DNA of 64,000 nucleotides, from positions 17,089 to 81,088 of the forward strand of contig JAZRVT010000005.1 of assembly GCA_045599325.1 (NCBI GenBank). Direction: 5' to 3'. The notes below the pieces were generated by a model, which saw nothing but the letters and a program-made list of their open reading frames with translations, had not been told where the DNA came from and searched no databases. The translations under genes were made by a program, and so were the position numbers. This stretch comes from Bacteroidales bacterium. GTDB taxonomy: Bacteria > Bacteroidota > Bacteroidia > Bacteroidales > UBA932. Every line of letters begins with the position of its first letter. Position 1 is the first letter of the stretch. Of this stretch, positions 63,082-64,000 are shown piece by piece.

Positions 63082-64000
63082 ATGAGCGCATACCAAATCA
63101 ATGGCATTCAGCAGGTTGGAGTCGGGACAAAAGATTTCCGCAAGACCTGGAACTGGATAATCGAACACTTCGGAGCAGACGTAAAGATACTTGAAGACGA
63201 CACCGTCGCCGAAAGAATGCTCCCCTACACTGGCGGAAAACCTCAGAAACGCCACGCCTGCATCACCGTTTCGCTGCAGGGCGGCGGCGGATTCGAGATA
63301 TGGCAGTACTCTGAAAGGACTCCGCAGGAGTGCGGATTCGAAATATCGGCCGGTGACCTCGGCATTTTCGCAGCCAAGGTGAAATGCCGCGACATTGCCG
63401 CCTTCACAGGCGATGCAGCCCCTGCAACCCTTCCTGACGGCACCCGATGCGCCTATGTCAGGGACCTCTACGGCAACTGGTACCAGATGGTAGAGGACAG
63501 CGGCGTGTTCATCGACGAAGGCCGCCTCACCGGCGGAATCGCCGGCGCTGTGGTCGGAGTGACAGATATGGATGCCTCGGTCAAGTTCTACAGCGAGGTG
63601 CTCGGGTACGACAAAGTGCTCTGTGACGCCACCGGAGCCTTCAGCGACTGGAGTGCGATGCCGGGTTCAGGAGAGCGCTTCAGGAGAGTGATCCTCGCCG
63701 TCTCCAAACCGCACGGCAGCGCGTTCAGCGGCCTTTTCGGCAGGAGCACCATAGAACTGGTACAGGCTCTCGACAGGACTCCGCGCAAGATCTACGAAGG
63801 GCGGTACTGGGGTGACCCGGGATTCATCCAGATATGCTTCGACGTAAGCGGTATGAAGGAGCTCGGCAAGTTCTGTGCATCCAAGGGCCACCCGTTCACA
63901 GTCGACAGCTGTCCCGGGGACATTGAATTCGATATGGGCGACGCCCAGGGGCACTTCACCTATATAGAAGATCCGGACGGGACCCTCATCGAGTTTGTGG
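63082..64000 (+). CDS. VOC (glyoxalase/bleomycin-resistance/dioxygenase) family protein, 3' end beyond the window
   Basis: Absent from the ORF track because no stop is reached. Hand translation is open for 306 codons (MSAYQINGIQQVGVGTKDFRKTWNWIIEHFG...GVTDMDASVKFYSEVLGY...HFTYIEDPDGTLIEFV). It contains two VOC-like beta-alpha-beta-beta-beta modules. Confidence 0.8.
   Translation, partial: MSAYQINGIQQVGVGTKDFRKTWNWIIEHFGADVKILEDDTVAERMLPYTGGKPQKRHACITVSLQGGGGFEIWQYSERTPQECGFEISAGDLGIFAAKVKCRDIAAFTGDAAPATLPDGTRCAYVRDLYGNWYQMVEDSGVFIDEGRLTGGIAGAVVGVTDMDASVKFYSEVLGYDKVLCDATGAFSDWSAMPGSGERFRRVILAVSKPHGSAFSGLFGRSTIELVQALDRTPRKIYEGRYWGDPGFIQICFDVSGMKELGKFCASKGHPFTVDSCPGDIEFDMGDAQGHFTYIEDPDGTLIEFV

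Noticed and set aside
1-64000. Search by eye for CRISPR arrays, tRNA/rRNA/tmRNA genes, transposases, integrases and phage genes
   Set aside because: I saw no regularly spaced direct repeats, no tRNA T-arm-like GGTTCGAATCC strings, and no ORF with transposase or integrase motifs. The only repeats are the short ones listed as features.

Overview
Tightly packed chromosomal segment of a relatively GC-rich Bacteroidota (Bacteroidales-like) genome. The phylum call rests on SusC/SusD genes, a b558-type fumarate reductase cytochrome b, the holB-PSP1-gldH synteny and many TAnnTTTG -7 promoter boxes. I found no rRNA, tRNA, CRISPR array, transposase or integrase. Gene order, left to right: mreD(partial)-mrdA-rodA, gcvP, a small OM barrel, comF/acyltransferase/smpB (minus), miaA, SGNH hydrolase, LD-transpeptidase-like lipoprotein, an unknown protein, lactonase-pgk (minus), SAM methyltransferase, lgt, a 977-aa OM barrel receptor, an SPFH gene followed by an untracked 54-aa Arc-like gene (minus), a 547-bp structured intergenic region, DAHP synthase/chorismate mutase-frr-pyrH (minus), an orphan cytochrome b gene convergent with hemW, then a ~12 kb AT-richer insert (27.9-40.0 kb). 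After the insert come DUF3109, TPR-U32, holB-PSP1-gldH-trmB, ispB, porin, trxA, a TolC-MFP-RND-PII-like operon, an M28 peptidase, rfbA, a membrane AraC regulator, an HD-YbaK fusion, an esterase, thrB-thrC with a Thr-rich leader peptide, and a VOC-family gene running off the right edge. The AT-richer insert is the best candidate for an undescribed system. It is a SusC/SusD locus under ECF-sigma/anti-sigma control whose cargo is an S9 hydrolase, a GlpA-like/NOX-like-DUF1667 flavoprotein pair and PepD, with no glycoside hydrolase. Secondary candidates are the SPFH-Arc operon with a tandem 11-bp operator-like repeat, the twin-hairpin intergenic region, the thr leader/attenuator, the HD-YbaK fusion, and -7 boxes abutting start codons (apparently leaderless mRNAs). 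All functional calls come from reading motifs in the supplied translations; no database search was run.
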